64,000 nt of DNA from Nitrososphaerota archaeon. GTDB lineage: Archaea > Thermoproteota > EX4484-205 > JAAOZP01. The position numbers and the translations under genes are program-made. Position 1 is the stretch's first letter, and every line of letters begins with the position of its first letter. The stretch is from NCBI GenBank assembly GCA_011605725.1, contig JAAOZP010000004.1:185739-249738 (forward strand). Reading direction: 5' to 3'. This document shows, piece by piece, positions 20,735 to 30,222 of this stretch. The notes under the pieces are model-generated. The model was given only the letters and a program-made list of their open reading frames with translations. It ran no database searches and was not told the DNA's origin.

Positions 20735-21147
20735 TGGTGGAAACCGATATACTTTACGCCTATGTGAAGAAAGAAGACTGGTTAAAGAAAGTTGCTAGAA
20801 GCCTAATATTGAAAATTGAAAAAGGCGAGTTCGAAAAGGTATATGCATCGAGGGAGGCTCTCCATGAAATGTATTATGTGTCTAGAGAGGAAGGAGTCTC
20901 AGTAGACGAGTATATTTCCAGAGTGGTAGCACTAACCAATATAAAGAACTTAGTATTCTTAGAGACAACACATGAAATCGACCTTCTAGCGTTAACTCTG
21001 ATGAAGCAATACGGCTTAGAATCGATTTTCGACGCTTACTATGCTGCAACTGCATTAAACCAGGTTCCAGACCACTCGATAATATCTACTGACACTGTTT
21101 TCGACAGGATACCTGGAATAACGAGAATCGATCCGCGTGAAATATAG
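20731..21147 (+). CDS. vapC: VapC/PIN toxin
   Basis: VETDILYA, LHE, SIFDAYYAATAL, ISTD. Confidence 0.88.
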   Translation: MMVETDILYAYVKKEDWLKKVARSLILKIEKGEFEKVYASREALHEMYYVSREEGVSVDEYISRVVALTNIKNLVFLETTHEIDLLALTLMKQYGLESIFDAYYAATALNQVPDHSIISTDTVFDRIPGITRIDPREI

Positions 21148-21202
21148 GGTGCAAGTGTGCATGTGGAATTTTTCACTCCTTTTTAATTTTCTTTTAAAGA
21201 GG

Positions 21203-21357
21203 CTAGACCCTCGTCTTCCTTGACTTTAATTCGAGTATGCTGTTGAGCCAATCAAGATAATCTGGGTTTCCCATGGTTATTGGGACAACTATTATCTCAG
21301 GAATATCGTATGGATGATTATCTTTAATAGTCTTCTCAAGCTCGTTGTAAAGGCTTT
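21203..21357 (-). pseudogene. CutA divalent-cation tolerance protein C-terminal fragment
   Basis: KSLYNELEKTIKDNHPYDIPEIIVVPI..GNPDYLDWL; begins at palindrome 21358. Confidence 0.85.
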
Positions 21358-21642
21358 TAGCGTGCGCACAACTCTAACAACAGACGATAAAGGAGAGATA
21401 GATGTATATCTCTCTAACTATGGTTCTAGCGCGCGCGACTAATTGGAGATTTTCGTAAGAAAGGGCTTTACACTTGCATAGCTAGAGACATAAGAGATCC
21501 GGAAAACACTAGGCTGATTCAGGAGATAATTAAAATCCAGCACAATGTAAGGTCTAACTTGAAGAAATATAGCCTAGGCTTGATAAGGATAATACATGAG
21601 CATGTGTTAATCTGGAGGAAGGAGTCTGTTTAAGATCAGGCT

Positions 21643-22164
21643 TTAAACTATTTTCTTGGCAGCTTCTATAGCCCTCTCCCTCTGCTTTCTACTAACGTAA
21701 AGGCCTTGACTTATGCAAGCGTCTAGAATTCGAACGTACTCGTCGACTGATTTTAAGTAGTTGCTTCTCAGCGCATCGTGAAGAATTTCCGTAAACCATC
21801 TTGTCTTCACACCCAGCTTCTTCGCGACTTCAATAGCCTGCTTATCGTTAGCAAGGAATATTTCTCCCAGCTCCTTTGCTAAGGCTATAGAGTAGGCTTC
21901 TCCAAGACCTAGGCCTCCCTCAATAAGGCTTTCCACAAGCTCGATTGAATGCTTTTCCTTAGGGTCTTGAAGAATAATCCATTCTTTTCTGGCTTGGGAG
22001 ATTAGAGAGAAATCTTCATCGCTGAGAAAACCCCGTTTATAAAGGTGAACGATGTCCTGCCAAACTGGTGAGCAAACCCTTACCGATCCATAAACATTCT
22101 TAAGAAGATCCAGCCTTCTTATTTTCGCAAGGTAGATTATAGGGCTTGTGTTGGAAAGCGTCAA
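21643..22164 (-). CDS. DUF3368-type PIN protein
   Basis: SNTSPIIYLAKI, LGLGEAYSIALA, NDKQA. Confidence 0.82.
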   Translation of the reverse strand: MTLSNTSPIIYLAKIRRLDLLKNVYGSVRVCSPVWQDIVHLYKRGFLSDEDFSLISQARKEWIILQDPKEKHSIELVESLIEGGLGLGEAYSIALAKELGEIFLANDKQAIEVAKKLGVKTRWFTEILHDALRSNYLKSVDEYVRILDACISQGLYVSRKQRERAIEAAKKIV

Positions 22165-22171
22165 ACCTTAT

Positions 22172-22417
22172 CTAATCATCTGGTCCCCTTACTGGGATCC
22201 TTGCCCTAGCCCTTATGTAGTCAAACTCTGTAACTGGTAAGCCGGCTATTTCAGCAGCCCTGCCTATGGATACTCTACCTTCCATGTAGAGCTCTAAGCC
22301 CAGTTTAATCCTGTTCGGAAGCGAGTTAACGTAATCCCAGTCTATGGGCACAAGTAAATCATCCTCGGTAAACCAGTACTTCTTTGTCTTTAACGCCTCC
22401 TGAGACATGCAGTTCAA
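22172..22417 (-). CDS. UPF0175-type antitoxin
   Basis: LYMEGRVSIGRAAEIAG. Confidence 0.8.
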   Translation of the reverse strand: MNCMSQEALKTKKYWFTEDDLLVPIDWDYVNSLPNRIKLGLELYMEGRVSIGRAAEIAGLPVTEFDYIRARARIPVRGPDD

Positions 22418-22517
22418 TGATTAAATACTATCCTCTCTTTAAATACTTTTTCCATATGCGCAAAATCTAGAAGGAAAGAAGAGCTGTATTATAACATGAC
22501 TGATAAAACTCATAATT

Positions 22518-22802
22518 GTGAAATACTGGGTCTGCACAACATGCGGAAGATTAACTCCAGCCGTATCAGGATTCTGCACTTACTGTAAAGCTCCTTTGCC
22601 TAGCTTCATGAATTCTCCAGATCAAAACAATAACGGAATATTCCTAGGCTTTAATCAAGATAATAAGTTTTTCCTACCGTTAGAATTCCTCCCTTACCAT
22701 TTTGCTTTCTACGGCGTTACGGGAAGCGGGAAGACGAGGCTTGCCATGAAATTAGCGATAGAGGCTGAGAAAGTTGGCTTAAAGCTTCTCATACTTGATT
22801 AA
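22518..22802 (+). pseudogene. Zn-ribbon plus HerA/DUF87 ATPase N-terminal fragment
   Basis: CTTC...CTYC, then HFAFYGVTGSGKT...LLILD and an abrupt stop. Confidence 0.75.
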
Positions 22803-23727
22803 AGCTTTACATTATGAGTACAGTGGAGAGGTTCAACCATACATTTGGTGCCCTGAGACTGAAGCCATGTGGAAGGAGATAAAATGTGGAGGAGGTTGGC
22901 CTTCTGGAGGAAATGAAGGAGATTGGTGCAAAGTCTGGTGGCTAGATTGGACAGGCTGGAAATGGAGGCAAGGAGTTTGGGATCCTGATCAAGGCTATTG
23001 CATAATAACAAGCGGGCAAGCTCCTAATAATGGTTGTACTGATGATAGAAGGGAAAGCACAGCTAGCGGAATAGCTGACCTTTGTCCAGGAAATACAGCA
23101 GGAGATGGAAAGTGTGAGCAAGCATGCGGAGCAGATGCAAGCTGTGATGAAAAAGATACTGGCGATACATGCGGAACAAACGGAAGATGTGCAAGCTATT
23201 GCTTGTGCTGCGAAGGAAGCGATAGCGATGGAGGTAAAGTCTACACAGTGAAAGGAACCACTTCTGGATATTATCAAGGGAGTTGCCAGAGCTTCAATGA
23301 TACTTGCGTCTGGGAGCTTGGAAAACTATACTTGCAAGAATACTTCATTTCTGACAGGAGGATAAATTCTGAACTTTATGACTGCAGCCAGAGGACTGAT
23401 GGGTCGATAAGATGCATAGATGGAAAATGTGGTTGCATGTACGATTCAGACTGTCCTTCTATAGCAGGAAGAAAAGGAACATGTGTGAATAATATTTGTC
23501 AATGGGGTCCTTGCAAAGAAAATTCTGATTGCGATCCTGGATATTGTTGTGAAGCAAAGGTTGGTTCTATCACTATCAACCCGCCATACGGCTGTGTTTC
23601 TCAAGGAACGATAAAAGATAATAAGTACCTATGTGACCCTCCTGAATGGAATGGTGCTTCAAAACAAACTATTTTTGGTTTGTTATTCTCCTATTTCAAG
23701 ATTTTAATCCAAAAAATTATGGGTTAA
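22795..23727 (+). CDS. Cys-rich surface-protein-like ORF, probably a C-terminal fragment
   Basis: Very Cys-rich; DSDGG..YTVKGT...DTC...LQEY unit; no signal peptide. Confidence 0.6.
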   Translation: MIKALHYEYSGEVQPYIWCPETEAMWKEIKCGGGWPSGGNEGDWCKVWWLDWTGWKWRQGVWDPDQGYCIITSGQAPNNGCTDDRRESTASGIADLCPGNTAGDGKCEQACGADASCDEKDTGDTCGTNGRCASYCLCCEGSDSDGGKVYTVKGTTSGYYQGSCQSFNDTCVWELGKLYLQEYFISDRRINSELYDCSQRTDGSIRCIDGKCGCMYDSDCPSIAGRKGTCVNNICQWGPCKENSDCDPGYCCEAKVGSITINPPYGCVSQGTIKDNKYLCDPPEWNGASKQTIFGLLFSYFKILIQKIMG

Positions 23728-25339
23728 TCCTTTCCCATTTCCCATCAGGCCTTGTAAGTTGAAGCTCTAATGCATACTTTCCTTCTACATGGTCTTTTAT
23801 CAAAGGCTCAGCATACTGCCACCATCCAAACATGTAAGGCAAAGTTGTTTTTCCGTACTGAGAAATTTTTTCATGAAGCTGAGGAGAAATTATCACGTAA
23901 GGCTCGCTATGATAACCACCACTGTTTGGGTATTTATCAGTTAAAACAAGAGCAGCCCTTCCGAAAACTCTAGCAATTAGCACAGAATAGTATGGGCAAG
24001 TTTGTCCTTCCATAGGAACTACTGCTTCAAGTCGCCATGGAATAAACCCTCTTGATAGTGCCCTTGGATAACCTTGGATGAAAACAGCAACTTCATCCTC
24101 TTTCATTAAACCATCAAAAGAAACAATTATATGATCCTTTTCTACCGTATTGCCAAAAAGTTTTTTATAAGCTGCATCTGAATTTGGCCACTCACCATAA
24201 GCAGGATGCCCTCTAACCACTTCATCTATCGCAAGCAAATACCTAAGAGTTTTCTCCCTGAAATCTTTTTTACTCATTTCATCCAGCCATTGCTGTGGAG
24301 TCTTTCCATCAATACTTGAGTCTGGCGACACATTCCTCCAACCTATTTCCAGGCTAGGTGTTATTTTACCGTTAATGATGTTGTGCCACCCGCTTACAAT
24401 ATCAATCTCAAATAGATCTATAGGAAGAAGCCTTTGCCTCCTGTACCATGCTTCTATTTTTCCATCAGGTATATTCAAATCATACTCAGCTTCTCCACTA
24501 TCAAGCTTATCCACAACATATTTTACAGCCTTTTCCACAACGCTCCAAAACTTTGCTTCATCTTGAGAAGCCATTCCAGTTCCATAGCCAACATCATCAA
24601 CTTGTATAGCTCCTTCCCTCCATTCCTTCGGATATTTCAAAATATTCTCAACATGCTTCGCTAGCCTTAACATGTTAGCATGCTTTCTTGCATTATCAAA
24701 ATCCTTGTTAACCCCATCGTTTTCACCAAGCTTCCTCACGCTTGCTGAAAGAGAATCATTTCCAATCTCATTTATCAGCTTAGAATAACTTCCAAAGTAA
24801 GAAGTAGCATTGTTCAAAGCATATATCTGCGAAAACTTTTGAACTTCTCTGCCAAGATTCTGGTAAATCTTCAAAGCCTCTAAGAACAATTCATTTCTGT
24901 CTAAATTTATCCTAGGGTCTCTCTGAAACTGGTCATAAACGATTTTAACTAGGCTTGAGTTAGCAGAGTAAGCTGGTAAAACTTCTTCATAATTCTTAGC
25001 AAACTGGGAAAAATCTTTAAGAAAGTTCAAACCATCATACTCATTACTATTAGCGAAATAAAGGTAATCCAAGCTATCTTTCAGATTGCCAAAAGTTTTC
25101 AAGCTCTCTTCAGCCAAAGCTCTATCATTAGCCCAAGACTTAGCAAAGCTTACCCAAGTAGAATTACCATTCTGCTTAGGATATTTAGCTATGAACTCTT
25201 CAGCCTGCTCATCGCTAAGACCAGCATCCCTGTAGGGTCTTCTAGCCTGCTCACCCAGATAATGGTTGTAGAGGAAAACCCCAGTGGCACCGGCAGTAAA
25301 CAGGATGAGAACGATGCCTATTTCAAGCATCCTCCGCAA
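23717..25339 (-). CDS. Membrane-anchored hypothetical protein, possible transglutaminase-like C-terminus
   Basis: N-terminal TM; GQTC...IARVFG...YHSEP. Confidence 0.6.
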   Translation of the reverse strand: MRRMLEIGIVLILFTAGATGVFLYNHYLGEQARRPYRDAGLSDEQAEEFIAKYPKQNGNSTWVSFAKSWANDRALAEESLKTFGNLKDSLDYLYFANSNEYDGLNFLKDFSQFAKNYEEVLPAYSANSSLVKIVYDQFQRDPRINLDRNELFLEALKIYQNLGREVQKFSQIYALNNATSYFGSYSKLINEIGNDSLSASVRKLGENDGVNKDFDNARKHANMLRLAKHVENILKYPKEWREGAIQVDDVGYGTGMASQDEAKFWSVVEKAVKYVVDKLDSGEAEYDLNIPDGKIEAWYRRQRLLPIDLFEIDIVSGWHNIINGKITPSLEIGWRNVSPDSSIDGKTPQQWLDEMSKKDFREKTLRYLLAIDEVVRGHPAYGEWPNSDAAYKKLFGNTVEKDHIIVSFDGLMKEDEVAVFIQGYPRALSRGFIPWRLEAVVPMEGQTCPYYSVLIARVFGRAALVLTDKYPNSGGYHSEPYVIISPQLHEKISQYGKTTLPYMFGWWQYAEPLIKDHVEGKYALELQLTRPDGKWERINP

Positions 25340-25435
25340 CTCTAACAGGAATAGTCTTCACTCAGGCTTATTAGCTTTAACAGTAAGAGCCGGGGAAAAT
25401 TAAATAGAATTGAGAAAAGCGGGTTTTGAAAAAAA

Positions 25436-25625
25436 TTACTCTTCGTCTGGATCGGGCAGGTCCCAGTCGGGGTCAGTTTTGACTTGACCTAAAGCTTTCT
25501 CAAGCATGATGCGTTGTTCAATTGATGCAACCAGCTTGCGTGTGAATACCGCGGCATCAGGATTGATTGAGACAGAGTCGATTCCAGCTCTGACAAGGAA
25601 CTCTGTAAACTCAGGATATATTAGG
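25436..25625 (-). pseudogene. ppsA 3'-tail fragment G (longest, uninterrupted)
   Basis: [41 protein letters not shown] matches the archaeal PEP synthase C-terminus. Confidence 0.9.
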
Positions 25626-25740
25626 ATGCTTATTTTAACATTTGAGGAGTCTTCACCAGGAATTCCAAGATGCATGTTTCCTACTTGGGAAAAGGTTAAA
25701 ATTAAGAATTCCGTGTCTTGATTGAAGAGGCTCGGTTAGG

Positions 25741-26052
25741 ATGAGGAGAAATTTGAAAAGAGTCGAGGAAATGAAGGACAAGTTAGAGAGGTTGAAGCCC
25801 GTGTTAAGGGAAAGGTTTAGGGTGAAGACTATTGGGGTTTTCGGCTCCTATATTAGGGGGGAGGAGAGGGAGGATAGTGACCTTGATATTCTAGTCGAGT
25901 TTGAGGAAGATGCTGAATTAAGCCTCCTAGATTTCATTGGCTTAGAGAATTATTTAAGTGAAGAATTAGGCGTCAAAGTGGACTTGGTGGAGAAAAACAC
26001 GCTTAAACCCAGAATTGGAAAGCACATACTGGAGGAAGTAGAATACTTATGA
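25741..26052 (+). CDS. Minimal nucleotidyltransferase (MNT) antitoxin
   Basis: GVFGSYIRGE...SDLDILVEF...VKVDLV. Confidence 0.92.
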   Translation: MRRNLKRVEEMKDKLERLKPVLRERFRVKTIGVFGSYIRGEEREDSDLDILVEFEEDAELSLLDFIGLENYLSEELGVKVDLVEKNTLKPRIGKHILEEVEYL

Positions 26053-26390
26053 AAAGAGAATTTCTAGATTATGTTGACGATATAATTGGAGCTATGAATG
26101 ATGCTATGGGCTTCGTGGAAGGAATGAGTTATGACGAGTTTGCAAGGGATAAGAAGACTATCTACGCGGTTGTGAGAGCAGTAGAAATCATTGGAGAGGC
26201 TGTTAAAAAGATACCGGATTCTATTAAAAAGAAATACCCTGAAATACCTTGGCGGGAAATGGCTGGGATGAGGGATAAATTAATCCATGAATACTTCGGC
26301 GTCAATTTGCAAAGGGTCTGGAGAACAGTCAGAGAAGACATGCCTGCCTTAAAACCTTTATTTGAGAAAATATTGAAAGATTTAGAGTAA
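26049..26390 (+). CDS. HEPN (DUF86) toxin
   Basis: EIIGEA...IPWREMAGMRDKLIHEYFGV. Confidence 0.92.
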   Translation: MKREFLDYVDDIIGAMNDAMGFVEGMSYDEFARDKKTIYAVVRAVEIIGEAVKKIPDSIKKKYPEIPWREMAGMRDKLIHEYFGVNLQRVWRTVREDMPALKPLFEKILKDLE

Positions 26391-26396
26391 GAAGTT

Positions 26397-26558
26397 CTAT
26401 TCGTCAGAGTTGCTCATAAGGGCTTTCTCAAGCATTATGCGTTGCTCAATAGAAGTAACAAGCTTTCTAGTGAACACCGCAGCATCAGGATTAATAGACA
26501 CGGAGTCGATGCCTGCTCTAACAAGGAACTCAGTGAACTCAGAGTAAACACTTGGGAG
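26397..26558 (-). pseudogene. ppsA 3'-tail fragment H
   Basis: [46 protein letters not shown]. Confidence 0.88.
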
Positions 26559-27623
26559 CTACTTAAACAGCTCAGGGAAGTCTTCCTTGAGGAACTCTAT
26601 TTTTTCAAGCGGAAACTTATAGAGTCTGGAGTGCTTATCTACTATTATCTTACCACCTTCGATTTTTTCTTTCAAAATCTCGCGCTCAACCACCTTTTCG
26701 CTTTCTATTACTTTCGTTCTGACCTTTTCAGTGACAAGCTTGTAGTCAGCTAACCTAAGCTTGTAGCCGTCCAGATTATAGACCTTGTGTCTAGGATCCT
26801 TTAACGATTCTATCAATTCATCTCGCACGAAATCCTCGTATTTCTTGTCGAATTCCCGGTCTCTCTTCAACGGCCACTTGCAGATAACCCGGGACCAAAT
26901 TCTTTCTCTAAACGGATCATCTCTAAATAGCTTCGTTTCCTCATAACATTTCCTCCTTTCCTCGCTCGGAAACCATTCAGTCTTCATCCTCTTTAAATGT
27001 TCCGTTAATGCTTCAATCCTCTTTAGGACCTCGTTGATTATCTGCTCATCATTCATTCCGACTATATCGAACTTAAGACTAACTTCAAGTTCTGAGAAGT
27101 CGCATTTCGCCTCCCGTTGACTTACGTTCCATCTTTCTAGCGAGCTTCGTAGGGACTTCAAAAAGACCTCGATATCCTTTATCACGGCTGGCATTATCCT
27201 AGCAGCCTTCATCCTGTCCTCCCTCTCCGAAAGCATCACTGTCATTGAGTCTTCATTTGAAAAAAGGAGGAGCAACGGCCATAACGCATAGTAATACTTG
27301 CAGAGAAAATGAAGGTCAAAACCCTCCATCTCTATTTCTATTTGATCCCTTGAGATTGTTACTGTCTCAACTGAGATAGGATATGGATCTATCCAATCAT
27401 CAGGCCATTTTATAAACCTCTTTCCCTCAAAGTATACGTCGTTTATATCTGCCTGTGTATATGTATACATTAGGCCCTGTCCTTTGAAATAATCCCTGTT
27501 AGGCCTCCGACAGATCCAAAAATCCCTGCGAGACACCACACCAAATTCGCATCCATACCTTTCACTCAATTCTTTCGCAAGCCTGTTTGCCAAGAGCTCC
27601 CTTCTTTCAGCATCCATGTCCAC
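26559..27623 (-). CDS. Hypothetical protein (354 aa)
   Basis: Long ORF abutting the upstream gene; no motif recognised. Confidence 0.7.
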   Translation of the reverse strand: MDMDAERRELLANRLAKELSERYGCEFGVVSRRDFWICRRPNRDYFKGQGLMYTYTQADINDVYFEGKRFIKWPDDWIDPYPISVETVTISRDQIEIEMEGFDLHFLCKYYYALWPLLLLFSNEDSMTVMLSEREDRMKAARIMPAVIKDIEVFLKSLRSSLERWNVSQREAKCDFSELEVSLKFDIVGMNDEQIINEVLKRIEALTEHLKRMKTEWFPSEERRKCYEETKLFRDDPFRERIWSRVICKWPLKRDREFDKKYEDFVRDELIESLKDPRHKVYNLDGYKLRLADYKLVTEKVRTKVIESEKVVEREILKEKIEGGKIIVDKHSRLYKFPLEKIEFLKEDFPELFK

Positions 27624-28998
27624 TTAACCCCCGCTAAGTTCAATTGTCTCCCAGACTATTTTAACTTGATTATCTGTAATGCCGATTGCAAATGCATAAC
27701 CGTATTTCGGGAGTTCTAAATTTATTCCAGTATACTCATTAAGCTTACTCCTAAGATCGCTGTTAAGGTAATTATATCTATCTTTGAGGTCTCTCTTAGC
27801 TTCGCTTAGACGTACGCTTAAGTCCTCTCCAGCAAAGGCTGACTTCCACTCGCTTATCCATGGAATTATGATCTTCTTGTTTCTTTCATTCTTAATCATG
27901 GTAAAGGCATCGGCATAGTATTCGCTCAGAATGCGACCACTTCTTTCATCTATCTTGACTATATTCTGGCCACTTCTGTCTATTATGATTTCGCCCTCTA
28001 TTCCAAAATAACTCTTGTATTTCTTTAAAAGAACCTCATTACTGAGTTCACACCCTGCTATACCTTTAGCATGGTCTCCGAAGCCGTGGGCAGCATCATT
28101 ATACCATGTCAAGTATTCTCTAATGTTCTTCACTACCCTCATCGTCATGCTGCCTTTAGTCGCATCGCCTTCGAATTGTGGCTCTGAGAAGTAATCTTTG
28201 CTGAGAAATTCCTTCATGATGTTCTCGAGAAGCTCGCCGGGAAGCACCTTGTAATAAGTGAGTTCTCCTGAAGCCCACTTGACACGGGCAGTCTGATCGT
28301 AATCTGTCAACTCGAAAGTTATTTGGAGAACCTTGCCGTCTCCCGTGTCCGAGGCCTGGAATTTCGTAACGTTTTCTTTTAAGGATGTTGTTTTAGAAAT
28401 AGTTGATTCTGTGGGAAAAGGAGGCAACTTTCTTTGAAATGGAGAACAATATGTTGCTAGAAACCCGATTCTTTTTTGAGGGAAATAGATTTTTGAGACT
28501 ATTAGGAACCATTTACCTCGCTCTGTAAGTTGATATGTCTTCTCAACTCCTCGTTTTTTTCTCAGGTGGTTCAACTTTTAACAAGTTATGTTTAGCGAGT
28601 TCATCAACATAGGCAATGATTCGTGTTCTGGACAAACTTACTCCCCTTTTCTCAACCATTTCACAGAGTTCAGTCTGGGATAGAGATTCCTCTTTATCCA
28701 GAATATCTATAATGATCCTGTTTATAGGCTCACCGTCCAGTGTAAGCTCTTTCATTTTCTCCTCAATAATTTTGGGGCACCCTAGGTTATCTAACTTTAT
28801 TGATTTTAGAGTTGCCGGTAAGTAATCCATAGGTTGAGTTAGCCAGGCAATGAACGAATAGCCTACGATAAAAGTTACGATGAGGAGTAGCAGACGAGAA
28901 AAGGGGTCTGTTTGGAATATAAGAGGAATTATACAAATCGCTATAGCTAGCAGGCGTGAGAAAAGATCAACTAGGATGCTTTTCGCTTGTCGTAACAT
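27624..28998 (-). pseudogene. 2TM + winged-helix + possible PD-(D/E)xK domain protein, split by a 1-bp shift in an A7 run
   Basis: Removing one A at 28554-28560 joins LSRTRIIAYVDELAKHNLL to RGVEKTYQLTERG (wHTH wing); distal YADAF...SEWKS. Confidence 0.65.
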
Positions 28999-29115
28999 TA
29001 GCTATTTTATTCTTTATGCACAAATATAAGTAGGTTTAAAGTGGATTAAAAGTAGGTTTAAACGGAAAGAGTAAAATAATTTGGGTGAAATAGTGGCTTC
29101 CGAGGTGATGGATGA

Positions 29116-29894
29116 ATGCCGTCTCTAAGAACAATGATCATTATCTTAGTATCACTACTAATAGTAATCATAGCAACACTTATTGTGAACAACCCTTGGA
29201 AACCTCCTGTAGAAAAGCCTGCTGAATTGCATATTGACCTTGATTTTCCACCTCTACTTCCCGGAAGCCCTGTAAGGTACATGTCAATATAAACAATACT
29301 GGTGGAGATGCGAGGAACATTGTTTTGATGTTTAATTCCACAGCATTATCGCAAGTAAGCGATAAATTCGATCTACGTGGCGGGCAGTCTACCAGCATTG
29401 AGGTTACAATTAATGCTAATGAAATAAAGAATGATTATTATGATGTTAACATCAGTTGGAAGTATGAGGATTCAAATGGTTCTCATACTGAAGGGCCAAT
29501 TATCAAGAGAGTTTACATACTGCCGTTAGTCCAGCTCGTTGATATTAGATGGGAACCGACAGGTTTGTTTGGTCTTATTCCAAAAAATGAGATTAAGAGG
29601 ACTGATGAGACAAAACTCTATTTCAGAGTTGAAAGTAAGAGCGAGGCTACCGTATATTCTAACCTGTATTGCAAAGCTAACTTTACAATAAGCGAAGCCA
29701 TGTTGAATATAGCTATAGAACCTTCTCTAATTAATATTGAAACAATAGGTCCTCGAGGAAAAAGCAGAGAATACAATTTCACAATTAAAACAAGAAATAC
29801 TCCTCCAGGAACCTATGAAATAACTGTTTTCTTGTATTCTTCAGAATACGTGGTTACGAAACAGACCTTGGAGCTGAAGGTTGCTCCAGATTAA
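29116..29894 (+). pseudogene. Secreted beta-sandwich (S-layer/CARDB-like) protein, frameshifted near 29270
   Basis: Signal-like TM from 29116 in one frame; VNINNTGGDARN...PPGTYEITV in another. Confidence 0.55.
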
Positions 29895-30222
29895 AGACGC
29901 ATCCTTGGGAAAAATGGAAAGGAGGTGATAAATAACGGAAATTCGGTTTAGCTTCTGGGCATATGGTATACTCGCTATCGCTGCACTCTGCATAATTCTC
30001 TATTTCTTTTCTACTATAGGGGGTCACCCGGAAATCGGTTTTAATCTCCGAAACATCGCGGTTTTAATAATCGGTGCGTCTATCCTCTACATGTTTATAA
30101 AACCATTATTACAGAAATTGTAGAAGTAAAATCCATTTGAGAGCACGTTCGCTAACTCCAATGATGGCCAATGAAGAATTCAAGTAGTATATGCTCCTTC
30201 ACCGGCCTTATTAACGCCCCTT

